DNA of 64,000 nucleotides from positions 271,036-335,035 of IMG/VR virus record IMGVR_UViG_3300028394_002328. One strand, 5' to 3'. A program made the position numbers and the translations under genes. The notes under the pieces were generated by a model. That model saw only the letters and a list, made by a program, of their open reading frames with translations, had not been told where the DNA came from and did not search any database. Shown one piece after another: positions 1 through 9,152 of this stretch (positions are counted from its first letter, which is position 1; each line of letters starts with the position of its first letter).

Positions 1-16
1 TCAGGTTACCTTTACA

Positions 17-1054
17 TCATACCCGCGCTTTCAATGTAGCATTTACTCTACGAACACTGTGACTAATACCACAATACTGTGTACACTTTGACATGACATT
101 CCTTAAGTTATCGGTGCCATACCAAAATCTTTTCAAGTCACCGTATCTCTTTATTTTAAACCCAGGGAACTTATGTGAGAAGCATAAACGGGCAATCCCG
201 TCCATATCTACCATAATATTTCTGTCGAAGGAATTACAAATCAATTTTTCAGTACCTCGACCATTCCACCCAATAACCGCATCGTTGTTTTTGTGAACAC
301 TACGATGGTACATCTCAACTGTTTCAATCCATTCAGGATCTAAACTTAGATTATACTTTTCATTACAAGCATTTAGTATTTTAAACAACCCTTCATGATC
401 CCTAATGACATTGTTATCATAAAACTTGTCATCTCGCTGTTTGCCTTCTTTATCTAATAGTGTACCAAACATTGGTTGAAGCCAATTTAATTTTAACTTA
501 TCTGCTTTAAGGTCATTCAATACAAAGTCATAAAACTTATCTAAATCTCTGTAATTTTGCTCGCACATTATAGACATTGCGTATACAGGATTAGATTTGT
601 TTAATTCTTTTCTCGCTTGAAGTAATAGACGAATAGCATTAACAGCCATGTCAAATGATCCTACCATGCCTCTAGTTGAATCATGTACTTCAGGTATGTA
701 ACTGTTTAGTGATATAGTAATCTCAGTTGGACCTTCAACGATTAACTTTTTAGCCATTGACAAATCAGTAACCATTGTACCGTTCATCACTGATAAACAT
801 CTTAGTCCTAATTGGCGACAATATCTAGTAATTGGCCAATATCTTTCAGGATTCATTAATGCTTCACCGCCACATATTACTACTGCACCATGTGGATTTA
901 ATTCATGAAATTCCTGAATAATATTCCCGCGTTCTTCTATAGTGATATGAGTAGGTAATACAACTTCTTCCCTAGTCCAATACATGCAGGTTTTACATTT
1001 TAGATTACATTGTAAGTTAGTATCTAAGAATAGAAATTTTGGCGGGTGATTCAT
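17..1054 (-). CDS. Radical SAM protein with C-terminal SPASM/twitch-like cysteines
   Basis: CxxxCxxC (CNLKCKTC), GGEALM motif, C-terminal C..CF...C..YC. Confidence 0.85.
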   Translation of the reverse strand: MNHPPKFLFLDTNLQCNLKCKTCMYWTREEVVLPTHITIEERGNIIQEFHELNPHGAVVICGGEALMNPERYWPITRYCRQLGLRCLSVMNGTMVTDLSMAKKLIVEGPTEITISLNSYIPEVHDSTRGMVGSFDMAVNAIRLLLQARKELNKSNPVYAMSIMCEQNYRDLDKFYDFVLNDLKADKLKLNWLQPMFGTLLDKEGKQRDDKFYDNNVIRDHEGLFKILNACNEKYNLSLDPEWIETVEMYHRSVHKNNDAVIGWNGRGTEKLICNSFDRNIMVDMDGIARLCFSHKFPGFKIKRYGDLKRFWYGTDNLRNVMSKCTQYCGISHSVRRVNATLKARV

Positions 1055-1062
1055 TAGTCTAT

Positions 1063-1731
1063 TTATGCAGGTTTATGCCCACTACTGTCAGCACCTGTTA
1101 ATATCCAAGATTTTTCATGTCCTATTTGTATTGTAGGATCTCCCCATATAGTATAACCTAATTTTTTTACCCTATGACAAAATCCTGTATCTTCTGATAA
1201 AAAGGTTTCTCTTTCACTATCAGAAAATACTAGAGGTTTGAACCACGGGAATGTCAATGATTCAAATACACCCTTTTGAACACCCATGAATCCCATGCCA
1301 GTTGCTAATAATTCAATTCGCTCGCCATTAACATCGACCTCATTCCTAGGCATCCAATTCATTGTGTTTTTTTCTTTACCTTCAACTGCCTGTGCGTATA
1401 TTTTATTATTATATTGAATATAAAATCCAGTTACAATTTTATGTTCGGGGTTACTAATTAATTTTTCTAAATCTTTAGGTGTCCAAACGCTATCACTATC
1501 AATCCAAACAATCCAATCGTATTTTACTTTTCCATTAAATGGCTTGAAATCTTTAGGAGGATATCCTGTTCCACCTAATAACCAATTACGGCAATTATAA
1601 ATTACAGGTGTATAAGTAGTGCTAACATTAAATGCTATACCTTCTTTGTTTAACCAAGTAACGGTATTAGTCCAACATGTCACCCACGTTCTACTAAATG
1701 ACATTCCAGGAAAACAAAATACTATATTCAT
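1063..1731 (-). CDS. GT-A fold glycosyltransferase-like protein
   Basis: WIDSD (DxD), ATGMGF and SEDTGFC motifs. Confidence 0.65.
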   Translation of the reverse strand: MNIVFCFPGMSFSRTWVTCWTNTVTWLNKEGIAFNVSTTYTPVIYNCRNWLLGGTGYPPKDFKPFNGKVKYDWIVWIDSDSVWTPKDLEKLISNPEHKIVTGFYIQYNNKIYAQAVEGKEKNTMNWMPRNEVDVNGERIELLATGMGFMGVQKGVFESLTFPWFKPLVFSDSERETFLSEDTGFCHRVKKLGYTIWGDPTIQIGHEKSWILTGADSSGHKPA

Positions 1732-1745
1732 AATTATTATTAATT

Positions 1746-1820
1746 TGGTGCCTCGTGACAGGGTCGAACTGCCGACATTCGCCGTGTAAAGGCGCTACTC
1801 TACCACTGAGTTAACGAGGC
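1746..1820 (-). tRNA. tRNA-Val(UAC)
   Basis: Cloverleaf GCCTCGT..., anticodon loop TT TAC AC, encoded CCA. Confidence 0.93.
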
Positions 1821-1830
1821 TTTTTTACTT

Positions 1831-1959
1831 TTAACCTTGACCTCTATATTTTTTAAAACTTCTTTTTTCTGTTTTATTTAGAGTGCTAGTCTTAACCTTT
1901 CCACCTTGACTAGTTCGTTTAACAACCGATTTTGTAGTACCCTCAGATGCCTTAGCCAT
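1831..1959 (-). CDS. Small basic protein, 42 aa, MAKASEGTTKSVVKRTSQGGKVKTSTLNKTEKRSFKKYRGQG (below ORF-track cut-off)
   Basis: Translated by hand; AAGGA Shine-Dalgarno and upstream TAAATA; fills the intergenic gap. Confidence 0.75.
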   Translation of the reverse strand: MAKASEGTTKSVVKRTSQGGKVKTSTLNKTEKRSFKKYRGQG

Positions 1960-2018
1960 ATAATATCCTTTTTAAAAATGTACAGTATTTACTTAGAATA
2001 CAGATACAGAAAAAAATA

Positions 2019-2456
2019 TTAAGCTAGGTATTCGTAATTGACAGTTTCAGTGTTATTTCTGAAAACACTAGCTCCATTTTTTAAATGAAATCTGCGAGCC
2101 ATTTCAGTTGGTGGACTTAGTGTTACAAAACGACTAATATGAGGTTTATTGGATTTAATATAACTAACAGCATTTAAAATTAAATCTCTACCAGCACCTG
2201 GCTTATAACTCCATATAGTATAGAATATAGCCATGTTAGGATTGCTATCATGATTGAACAATTCGCTTTCTGTTGTAGGTATTTGGTCTTGATAACTAAC
2301 ACAAGTAATTGCTTTTACTATGTTATTTTCATCTTTCAATACAAAGATATCTCTATTGTTACCTATTCTTATAGAATGAGGTATATTGGGGCGAACAGGG
2401 TCCTCAGCCAATTTAGTAAACAATTCGTCTTGGTCTGATTTAATCAAGTATAACAT
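2019..2456 (-). CDS. Hypothetical protein, possible GNAT-like fold (start moved to MLYLIK)
   Basis: The listed start overlaps tRNA-Leu; ATG at 2456 follows TAAATA; motifs FYTIWSY..GAG and RFHLKNGA. Confidence 0.6.
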   Translation of the reverse strand: MLYLIKSDQDELFTKLAEDPVRPNIPHSIRIGNNRDIFVLKDENNIVKAITCVSYQDQIPTTESELFNHDSNPNMAIFYTIWSYKPGAGRDLILNAVSYIKSNKPHISRFVTLSPPTEMARRFHLKNGASVFRNNTETVNYEYLA

Positions 2457-2494
2457 ATTGCTATTTATTATATGTAGATATAAAAGATATATTT

Positions 2495-2578
2495 TGGTGC
2501 CCCAGGTCGGACTCGAACCGACACGCATTTCTGCACTGGCTTCTAAGACCAGCATGGCTACCGTTACATCACCGGGGC
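2495..2578 (-). tRNA. tRNA-Leu(UAG)
   Basis: Loop CT TAG AA, long variable arm, CCA. Confidence 0.93.
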
Positions 2579-2587
2579 TAATATAAT

Positions 2588-2661
2588 TGGAGCGGGTAGA
2601 GGGAATCGAACCCTCGTATGCAGCTTGGAAGGCTGCCGTTCTACCATTGAACTACACCCGC
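2588..2661 (-). tRNA. tRNA-Gly(UCC)
   Basis: GCGGGTG acceptor, loop CT TCC AA, CCA. Confidence 0.95.
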
Positions 2662-2666
2662 ACTGT

Positions 2667-2756
2667 TGGTGGAAGCGGTGAGATTCGAACTCACGGACCC
2701 CTTTCAGGGCCTTTAGTTTTCAAGACTAACGCAATCGGCCTCTCTGCCACGCTTCC
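2667..2756 (-). tRNA. tRNA-Ser(UGA)
   Basis: Loop CT TGA AA, long variable arm, CCA. Confidence 0.95.
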
Positions 2757-2760
2757 CTAA

Positions 2761-3016
2761 TAAGGTGCTCTGCATCCCTCGGCGGTAATTATAGCGCATC
2801 AAGCATATGGACCTCAGAACAACAATTAGTTCTTACCACACACCATCACACACGCCCTCCACCCGCTCTCGACAGGGATCGTTATCGCATTGCCAGCGCC
2901 GGTTAGGTTAAACCGCATGTTACCATGTGAAGATATTACTCTTCAGAACCACCCGTACATATCACTGTACTTCATATCCTCTGGGTCAGAGTATCCGTTG
3001 ATTAGACGGAACGTCT
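2761..3016 (-). ncRNA. Candidate structured ncRNA between two tRNA-Ser genes
   Basis: GC-rich spacer with about 8 abutting hairpins; no convincing ORF. Confidence 0.6.
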
Positions 3017-3104
3017 TGGCGGAGAGTATAGGATTCGAACCTATGCACCGATTTCTCAGCGACGGTTTAGCAAACCGTTGTATTAACCACTCTACCAACT
3101 CTCC
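3017..3104 (-). tRNA. tRNA-Ser(GCU)
   Basis: Loop TT GCT AA, long variable arm, CCA. Confidence 0.95.
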
Positions 3105-3109
3105 AATCT

Positions 3110-3187
3110 TGGTGCCTCCGGAGGGACTTGAACCCCCAACCAACGGCTTATGAGGCCGCTGCTACTAACCGATTGAGCTACAGAGGC
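3110..3187 (-). tRNA. tRNA(CAU): Ile2 (lysidine) or elongator Met
   Basis: Loop CT CAT AA; paired 1-72 and no GGG/CCC anticodon stem, so not an initiator. Confidence 0.88.
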
Positions 3188-3194
3188 ATATACT

Positions 3195-3280
3195 TGGTGC
3201 CCGGGGCCGGACTCGAACCGGCACGCCTTGTGAGCGAGAGATTTTAAGTCTCTTGTGTCTACCTATTTCACCACCCGGGC
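3195..3280 (-). tRNA. tRNA-Leu(UAA)
   Basis: Loop CT TAA AA, long variable arm, CCA. Confidence 0.95.
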
Positions 3281-3322
3281 GTTAATTTTTAAAGAACTTC
3301 TAATTTCTCAGTGTATGTATAC

Positions 3323-3351
3323 ATTGTACACGACACCTGCATATTTGTCAA
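3323..3351 (-). promoter_or_regulatory. Sigma70-type promoter for the distal tRNA block
   Basis: TTGACA-17 nt-TACAAT. Confidence 0.8.
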
Positions 3352-3927
3352 TTATTTTAAGAGACTTTCTACCCGATCTAGAACTAGATCCCAATGCTCA
3401 GTAAACCTGTGACCACCGTTCTCCAAGATGGTTGTTGTTGCGTAAGGAAAGCCTTCTAGCATAGATTCATGGGGGATGACCTCATCATCTTTAGCGACAA
3501 ACAAACTCACCAAACTAGGGGAATAGATTTCACGGACATGTTTCCGCATACTATCTAGTTTATCTAAATGTGCTATAGAAACAAGAAATTCTTCACCAGT
3601 ATAATAGTTTTTGTTTGGTCCTAACTTCTCCTTAAGAGTCTCGCTGGGGGTAGAACTAGGATTAACTAACACAGCACAACTGTCATACAAGTGACCGAAA
3701 TAATTTGCGTAAAATGCTCCTAGACTAGTACCAACGAATACCAATTTTTCGTTTGGTTCTCGGGATTTCATAAAGTCACAGACAATACCGTCGACCAACT
3801 CACCCACTAGATCGGGGTCAAAGGGCAGATCGGGTGCGATTACCTTATCGTCACCGAACCGTTTTCTGAGAGCGGTGACCTTATCACTAGTGCCTGAACT
3901 CGCAAAACCATGTAAGTAAACTATCAT
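3352..3927 (-). CDS. YqiA/YcfP-family alpha/beta hydrolase (esterase)
   Basis: YLHGFASSG, GTSLG nucleophile elbow, GGHRF; ATG at 3927. Confidence 0.85.
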   Translation of the reverse strand: MIVYLHGFASSGTSDKVTALRKRFGDDKVIAPDLPFDPDLVGELVDGIVCDFMKSREPNEKLVFVGTSLGAFYANYFGHLYDSCAVLVNPSSTPSETLKEKLGPNKNYYTGEEFLVSIAHLDKLDSMRKHVREIYSPSLVSLFVAKDDEVIPHESMLEGFPYATTTILENGGHRFTEHWDLVLDRVESLLK

Positions 3928-3958
3928 ATTGACGCCCAAAAGTCACTGTCTGAACTAT

Positions 3959-3987
3959 AGTATAGCAAACTATAGAATATTTGTCAA
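3959..3987 (-). promoter_or_regulatory. Sigma70-type promoter
   Basis: TTGACA-17 nt-TATACT. Confidence 0.75.
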
Positions 3988-4613
3988 ATTTTGGATACGA
4001 TATTGTCAGGAAGATGCTTTAAATCAAAGCCTAAATTAGATAATTTTTCTTTACCATTTGGACTTAATTTGACAAATCCAACTATTATCTTTTCATGCGG
4101 TTCGCCCTGAATTAATCTAGTATAATGATATCCATCAGGATTTAAATCTAATATCTTTTTACCAGTTAAAAACTCAGCATATTTATTGTCAATTGGTTTT
4201 GCGCCTGCTTTAAGCATTAATTTTTCAGCAGGTCCGCTTACTTCTGCCCATGCTCTTTTTGTTTTAATGTCATCTTTTTTGAGCATGTTATAATCTTTTA
4301 ATCCTTGTGCAGTGGCTTTATATTCACCTTCAGGATTAAGTTCTGTTTCAGTAGCACTAGCAATCATTTTAAAATTATCCGTATTAGATACTTGTTTATA
4401 AACACCTAATGCAGTTATATGATCACCACGGCGAACTACTTTCCAATAACCTAAATCATTTGCTAATTCTTCAGCACTATTAGCGCTTTTAAAGCCGCCA
4501 ATCTTTTTATAACTACGCTGAAGCATATCCCATATCTTATCCGCATACTTCATTTTTTGTTCAGGAGTATGTAGATTAAGAACCTTTTCAACTAATAATT
4601 GATGATAACGCAT
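3984..4613 (-). CDS. Hypothetical protein
   Basis: 209-aa ORF preceded by TAAATA. Confidence 0.7.
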   Translation of the reverse strand: MRYHQLLVEKVLNLHTPEQKMKYADKIWDMLQRSYKKIGGFKSANSAEELANDLGYWKVVRRGDHITALGVYKQVSNTDNFKMIASATETELNPEGEYKATAQGLKDYNMLKKDDIKTKRAWAEVSGPAEKLMLKAGAKPIDNKYAEFLTGKKILDLNPDGYHYTRLIQGEPHEKIIVGFVKLSPNGKEKLSNLGFDLKHLPDNIVSKI

Positions 4614-4673
4614 CTAGTATTTATGCAATGCGGCAATATCATATCTACAATGGCGTTGTATAAATAACAATAT

Positions 4674-5555
4674 ATGAACAATATTTATTTAGTTACGTTT
4701 CCAGGTGGCGGTGGTGGTGATTTTTTATGCTCTCAAATTTCTAAAGACATTAATTTTTATCCATTAGAATCAAGCATGAATACTGCGACTAATACATGTG
4801 AGTTAGAGAATCCATTTTTAAAATGGAATATTGACCTAAAATCTCATCATAAATTTAAGGTTTTAGAAATTTCTGATGTTATGTTAAAAGAAATAGAATT
4901 ATATTATAATGAAAAAGATTTAGTAGCACCTACTCATTTTTTCGGTAATCTTAGTGAAATTAAATTGCCTAGGCTTAAAGGAGTTCACCTATACACTAAA
5001 CAATTTTTTCCCCTTTTCTATTTGTTATATTGGATAAAAAGATTGTCTGGCCCGAAGCACTTTATAGATAAAGAGACTTTTTTAAGAAAGGTAACAGGTG
5101 CTAGTAGCTTACCCAATGATGCATATGCTAAATTCTTTAGAGATAAAATAGCAGATAATATATTGGCAAATAGAAATTTTGTATATGATTTTGAACTAAT
5201 AGCCGCAACTAGATTACTTGGTAATGCCATAGATTGCATTGAAAGGTTTTATAGATATTATTGTTTTATTTTTTCCTTTCCTAATCCTCACACCGTATCT
5301 AAAGATTGGATTCCATATAATATAGATAATCTCTATCTAGACCCAGTTAATAACTCAAAAGAATTTTGTCAACTGTTCAACATGGAAAAACCAATTAATC
5401 CCGAAATTATTGCATCATATTATTCCAAAAATTTACAGGTAATCGAAGAAACATTTGGCGAACCATATGAAGTTTTTATTCTCGGTGATTGGTTATCAAA
5501 ATTAAAAAAATGGATTGAACTTAAATGTCCAAATTCATATTCAATTAATTTTTAA
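4674..5555 (+). CDS. P-loop/sulfotransferase-like protein, paralog A
   Basis: N-terminal FPGGGGGDFL glycine loop; paralog of next gene. Confidence 0.55.
   Translation: MNNIYLVTFPGGGGGDFLCSQISKDINFYPLESSMNTATNTCELENPFLKWNIDLKSHHKFKVLEISDVMLKEIELYYNEKDLVAPTHFFGNLSEIKLPRLKGVHLYTKQFFPLFYLLYWIKRLSGPKHFIDKETFLRKVTGASSLPNDAYAKFFRDKIADNILANRNFVYDFELIAATRLLGNAIDCIERFYRYYCFIFSFPNPHTVSKDWIPYNIDNLYLDPVNNSKEFCQLFNMEKPINPEIIASYYSKNLQVIEETFGEPYEVFILGDWLSKLKKWIELKCPNSYSINF
5429..5482 (+). repeat. 54-bp exact direct repeat (second copy 6334-6387)
   Basis: aaatttacaggtaatcgaagaaacatttggcgaaccatatgaagtttttattct occurs in both paralogs. Confidence 0.9.
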
Positions 5556-5572
5556 TTTTTATAGGAAAATCA

Positions 5573-6469
5573 ATGAACAATATCTATTTACTTGCATTTA
5601 ATGGCGGATCAGGAGGAGATTTTTTATGCTCTCAAATCTCTAAAGATAGTGATTTTTATCCATTAGAATATAAAATTAATCCTATTACCAATACCTATGA
5701 TTTAGAAAATCCATTTGCAAAATGGAATTTAAATACAAAAAACCAATTCATGCAAGATTTACTAGTTACTACCGACAATACATTAGAAAATATAGATTTA
5801 CATTATAATGAAAAAAATTTAGTAGCACCTATTCATTTTTTTAGTTATTTTAATCAAGCGCATTTAGATACAATATATAGATTACCTAGACTTAAGATAA
5901 TTAGAGTATATAGTAATCAATTAACTCCCCTTTTTTATTTATTACTATGGATAAAAAGATGGGTTCTCATACAAGAGTGTGAAAATAAAGAGATTTTTAT
6001 TAGAGAACAAATTTCAACGTATACCTCTAAATTCGATATAGCTGCTAGAAATAAAATACTTGATAGCATATTTGCTAATAGAAATTATTATTATTCATTT
6101 GAAATTTTAGCCATGTCAAATTTATTTAATAATTCCACGGATTTTGTTAAGAATTTTTTTTTAAAAAAATATAATTATTATAATACCTTCGTTCAAAATA
6201 ACACTGGTAAATGGATTCCATATAATATAGATAATCTCTACTTAGACCCAGTTAATAACTCAGAAGAATTTTGTCAACTTTTAAATATGGAAAAACCAAT
6301 CGATCCCGAAATTATTTCAAACTACTACTTTAGAAATTTACAGGTAATCGAAGAAACATTTGGCGAACCATATGAAGTTTTTATTCTAGGTGATTGGTTA
6401 TCAAAATTAACAGAATGGGTACAAATTCAGTGCCCAAATGCATATTCAGTCGATTTTAAAATTTTGTAA
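5573..6469 (+). CDS. P-loop/sulfotransferase-like protein, paralog B
   Basis: FNGGSGGDFL; C-terminus nearly identical to paralog A. Confidence 0.55.
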   Translation: MNNIYLLAFNGGSGGDFLCSQISKDSDFYPLEYKINPITNTYDLENPFAKWNLNTKNQFMQDLLVTTDNTLENIDLHYNEKNLVAPIHFFSYFNQAHLDTIYRLPRLKIIRVYSNQLTPLFYLLLWIKRWVLIQECENKEIFIREQISTYTSKFDIAARNKILDSIFANRNYYYSFEILAMSNLFNNSTDFVKNFFLKKYNYYNTFVQNNTGKWIPYNIDNLYLDPVNNSEEFCQLLNMEKPIDPEIISNYYFRNLQVIEETFGEPYEVFILGDWLSKLTEWVQIQCPNAYSVDFKIL

Positions 6470-7414
6470 TATAGGAACCCATTGTTCTCTTAGTTGAGTC
6501 ATACTATTTTTAAAACCAGCAGGTGTTAATTCTCTTTCTTCTATAAACATATAATTTTGATCAAAAAACTTTTTGGCTTCAACAGATCGTATTGTACGAG
6601 AAAAGTTTCCCACATACCATTTAACTATGTCCTGATCAGTGCCTTTGGGCAATATGATACCCCAAGCTGCATATACATTCATTCCCGGCACCCATCGATT
6701 CATCAACGGAGCATCAATTCCTACTAAAGGTTTTTCTCCGCATATACTAATGAATTTAATTTTTCCACTAGATAACAATGTAGCGGCTACCGCAGTAGGG
6801 ACAATACCAAACTCAACATGACCTCCGGCAACGTCTTGTGCGGCTTGAGCAGGGCCTTTATATCCCACAGTCTTTACTAATTCACTAACTTTGACCTTTG
6901 TGGACATATATTCAAATGCTAATTTATGAGCACCGCTACCAGCAGCAAAAGTAATAGGTTTGTCAGTATTTTTAATTCTTTCTAATAATTCAGGCACACT
7001 ATTAACGGTGCTACCACTATAAGCAATAATAGCTAGCGGGCTTTTAGCAATAGTAACTACATATTCAAAATCATCTAATGTATATTTTACAGCTGGTTTA
7101 TTGAAGAATTCACTAGTGACCCAAATTCCTTGATGACTAGGCACATAGATATTATAGCCATCTGCGGGTTTTTTGATGAATTCATTCATGGCCACTACAC
7201 CATCTGCACCTGGCTTATTTTCAATAACAAAATTAATTTTAGGATTTAACTTTTCTAATATACTACTAACACCCCTAAAACTAATTTCATTACCCGACCC
7301 AGGTGCAAACCCTACAAGAACATTTATTGGTTTTGTAGGCTCCCAAGCATATGCTGATACCGACAAACAAGTTAATACAATTATTTTAACAATGTTACTA
7401 AAACATCTGACCAT
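6446..7414 (-). CDS. Bug/TctC tripartite tricarboxylate transporter substrate-binding protein
   Basis: Signal peptide, PTKPINVLVGFAPGSG, ENKPGADG, AGSGAH, YKGPAQAAQDVAGGHV. Confidence 0.9.
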   Translation of the reverse strand: MVRCFSNIVKIIVLTCLSVSAYAWEPTKPINVLVGFAPGSGNEISFRGVSSILEKLNPKINFVIENKPGADGVVAMNEFIKKPADGYNIYVPSHQGIWVTSEFFNKPAVKYTLDDFEYVVTIAKSPLAIIAYSGSTVNSVPELLERIKNTDKPITFAAGSGAHKLAFEYMSTKVKVSELVKTVGYKGPAQAAQDVAGGHVEFGIVPTAVAATLLSSGKIKFISICGEKPLVGIDAPLMNRWVPGMNVYAAWGIILPKGTDQDIVKWYVGNFSRTIRSVEAKKFFDQNYMFIEERELTPAGFKNSMTQLREQWVPILQNFKID

Positions 7415-7971
7415 TTGTTTTTTATCTCTATAGTTTGATTAAAGTTATATTCAATCCAACTTGTTGTAAAATAATTCCAAGTTAGATTATGTTTATATGC
7501 AAATTCTAATATATGAGAATTCTGATTACTTATCTCCCCTAACATATTGGTACTATTTTTATACCAAGTGTAATCGGGATATTTAATATTAAATCCACCT
7601 GCTTCATGCCACCAAGCATAACTAGACATGTCTGGTCTATAAATTAACATTATCCAATCATTAGGAAAAAATGTTTTTACGTCATCTAAGATATATGCCC
7701 AATTATGACTTTTGATTAGCCTTGTACCATCTAAACTCGACCATGCTTGATCTATATACTCAGCATCAAGTATTGCATCGAATTCCATGTGTCGCCCAAA
7801 GTATGCACCCTTATGTCCACTAAATCCATTATGACTATATTCTCTCTCAGAGGTGCGATCACTAATATTAAATCCATCAAGACTTTCAATAGTCTGCGCT
7901 ATTCCGCTCCACCGACTTCCAGGCACACCAGTAAAAAATATTCTTTTAGGAAGTTCTATGCCATTCTGCAT
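7381..7971 (-). CDS. Sulfotransferase-like/P-loop hypothetical protein
   Basis: FFTGVPGSRWS, LIKSH and LIYR motifs. Confidence 0.45.
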   Translation of the reverse strand: MQNGIELPKRIFFTGVPGSRWSGIAQTIESLDGFNISDRTSEREYSHNGFSGHKGAYFGRHMEFDAILDAEYIDQAWSSLDGTRLIKSHNWAYILDDVKTFFPNDWIMLIYRPDMSSYAWWHEAGGFNIKYPDYTWYKNSTNMLGEISNQNSHILEFAYKHNLTWNYFTTSWIEYNFNQTIEIKNKWSDVLVTLLK

Positions 7972-8479
7972 ACAATCTAGGCCTTGTTAAATGTTCATCT
8001 ATTTTTTCTACTGTTTGAACATAATTGTGCTTTTTGGCAAATACATTTAATTTATCAAATGTCCATGGGAAAAAAGGAATATCTAAACACTGTTTATTAT
8101 CGTGGTCACGACGACCTGGATTTAATCTCCAATATATTCTTGATGAAGGAGTTAAACAACTTACTACTTTTTCAATTTGGCGTTCAATGATTTCACTAGT
8201 GCCGAAATTAATACTACCTAAGCAAGTAGCAACATCAAACAACCTATTTGGTTCATATTCTTCTATGGTACATTTATAGTCAGCCTGAGCAAACGCAGGA
8301 TCTATACCTATAACATTTTTTACTAAGGACTTAAAAGGATTAGCCCCACATCCTACATCTAACAACCATTCATCATCATTGATGAAAGTTGATATTCTTG
8401 CAGGGCTAGTCAATCCTCTTGAGTCACCTGATACCCAATGTTTAGAAAAATATTCATTTAAAAATTTTTGATTATGCAT
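7946..8479 (-). CDS. SAM-dependent methyltransferase
   Basis: LLDVGCG motif I, IGIDP motif II. Confidence 0.8.
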   Translation of the reverse strand: MHNQKFLNEYFSKHWVSGDSRGLTSPARISTFINDDEWLLDVGCGANPFKSLVKNVIGIDPAFAQADYKCTIEEYEPNRLFDVATCLGSINFGTSEIIERQIEKVVSCLTPSSRIYWRLNPGRRDHDNKQCLDIPFFPWTFDKLNVFAKKHNYVQTVEKIDEHLTRPRLYAEWHRTS

Positions 8480-8541
8480 TTAATCATTTACCGCGATTAG
8501 AAAAATATTTATTATTTTATCTATACGCGGAAAATATTATT

Positions 8542-8606
8542 TGGAAGTGCGGGTGGGGTTCGCACCCACTGCAATCCGTTCTATTGGACTACGTTGGCAC
8601 CGCACT
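8542..8606 (-). ncRNA. D-armless tRNA-like element ending in CCA
   Basis: Acceptor AGTGCGG/CCGCACT-T-CCA; T arm GTGGG-TGCGAAC-CCCAC; 8-nt loop stem; no D arm. Confidence 0.6.
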
Positions 8607-8611
8607 ATATT

Positions 8612-8636
8612 TGGCGCACCGTAGGGGACTTGAACC
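8612..8636 (-). pseudogene. tRNA 3' remnant
   Basis: GGTTCAAGTCCCCTACGGTGCGCCA with no matching 5' half. Confidence 0.6.
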
Positions 8637-8649
8637 ATCATGCATGATT

Positions 8650-8724
8650 TGGCGGTCCCAAGGGGTAACGATCCCCTTCTTTCAGCGTGACAGGCTGATG
8701 TGCGTCCATGAACACTTTGAGACC
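8650..8724 (-). tRNA. tRNA-Asp(GUC), atypical T loop ATCGTTA
   Basis: Loop CT GTC AC; acceptor GGTCTCA/TGGGACC; CCA. Confidence 0.88.
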
Positions 8725-9152
8725 TAACTCAATCTACTGCCAATGGGCATTCTACCATTACGAATGTCATTGCCCAACTTAGCAGCCTCTTTAATTCTTT
8801 GTTTGCCCTCGTCGCTAGCATTCTTGACACCCCAAGTTTCAGTTTGAGTATGACAATTAGGACAAAGATAACGATAATTTTCTAGTCTATCGTTTTTGTT
8901 GTTTCCGTCAATGTGGTCAATCTGAAGTCGTATCGGCTTGCCGTTATATTCAGATATACCACATTCAGTACATTTGTACTCGGTGAATCTTCTAAAATAT
9001 GAAAGTGCGTTTGACTTAGTGTAAATACCACTTTCAATCTTTTCTTTTAATACATGTTGTATACCACATTCATTACAGCAATATTTGCCCTTACTTTGAG
9101 AGGGGTGCCACATAAATTTGGTATCGCAGTTTAAGCAGTTCTTTTTCGGCAT
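8724..9152 (-). CDS. HNH endonuclease with Zn-finger motifs
   Basis: LQIDHIDGNNKNDRLENYRYLCPNCH; several CxxC. Confidence 0.9.
   Translation of the reverse strand: MPKKNCLNCDTKFMWHPSQSKGKYCCNECGIQHVLKEKIESGIYTKSNALSYFRRFTEYKCTECGISEYNGKPIRLQIDHIDGNNKNDRLENYRYLCPNCHTQTETWGVKNASDEGKQRIKEAAKLGNDIRNGRMPIGSRLS

Noticed and set aside
2457-2555. N-terminal extension of ORF 2019-2555
   Set aside because: It is the translation of tRNA-Leu; a better ATG follows TAAATA at 2456
2386-3153. ORFs 2386-2586, 2890-3153 and 2943-3143
   Set aside because: They overlap tRNA genes or the structured spacer and show no protein motifs
5429-6387. Diversity-generating retroelement template/variable repeat pair
   Set aside because: No reverse transcriptase in the window; the core repeat is identical rather than adenine-mutated
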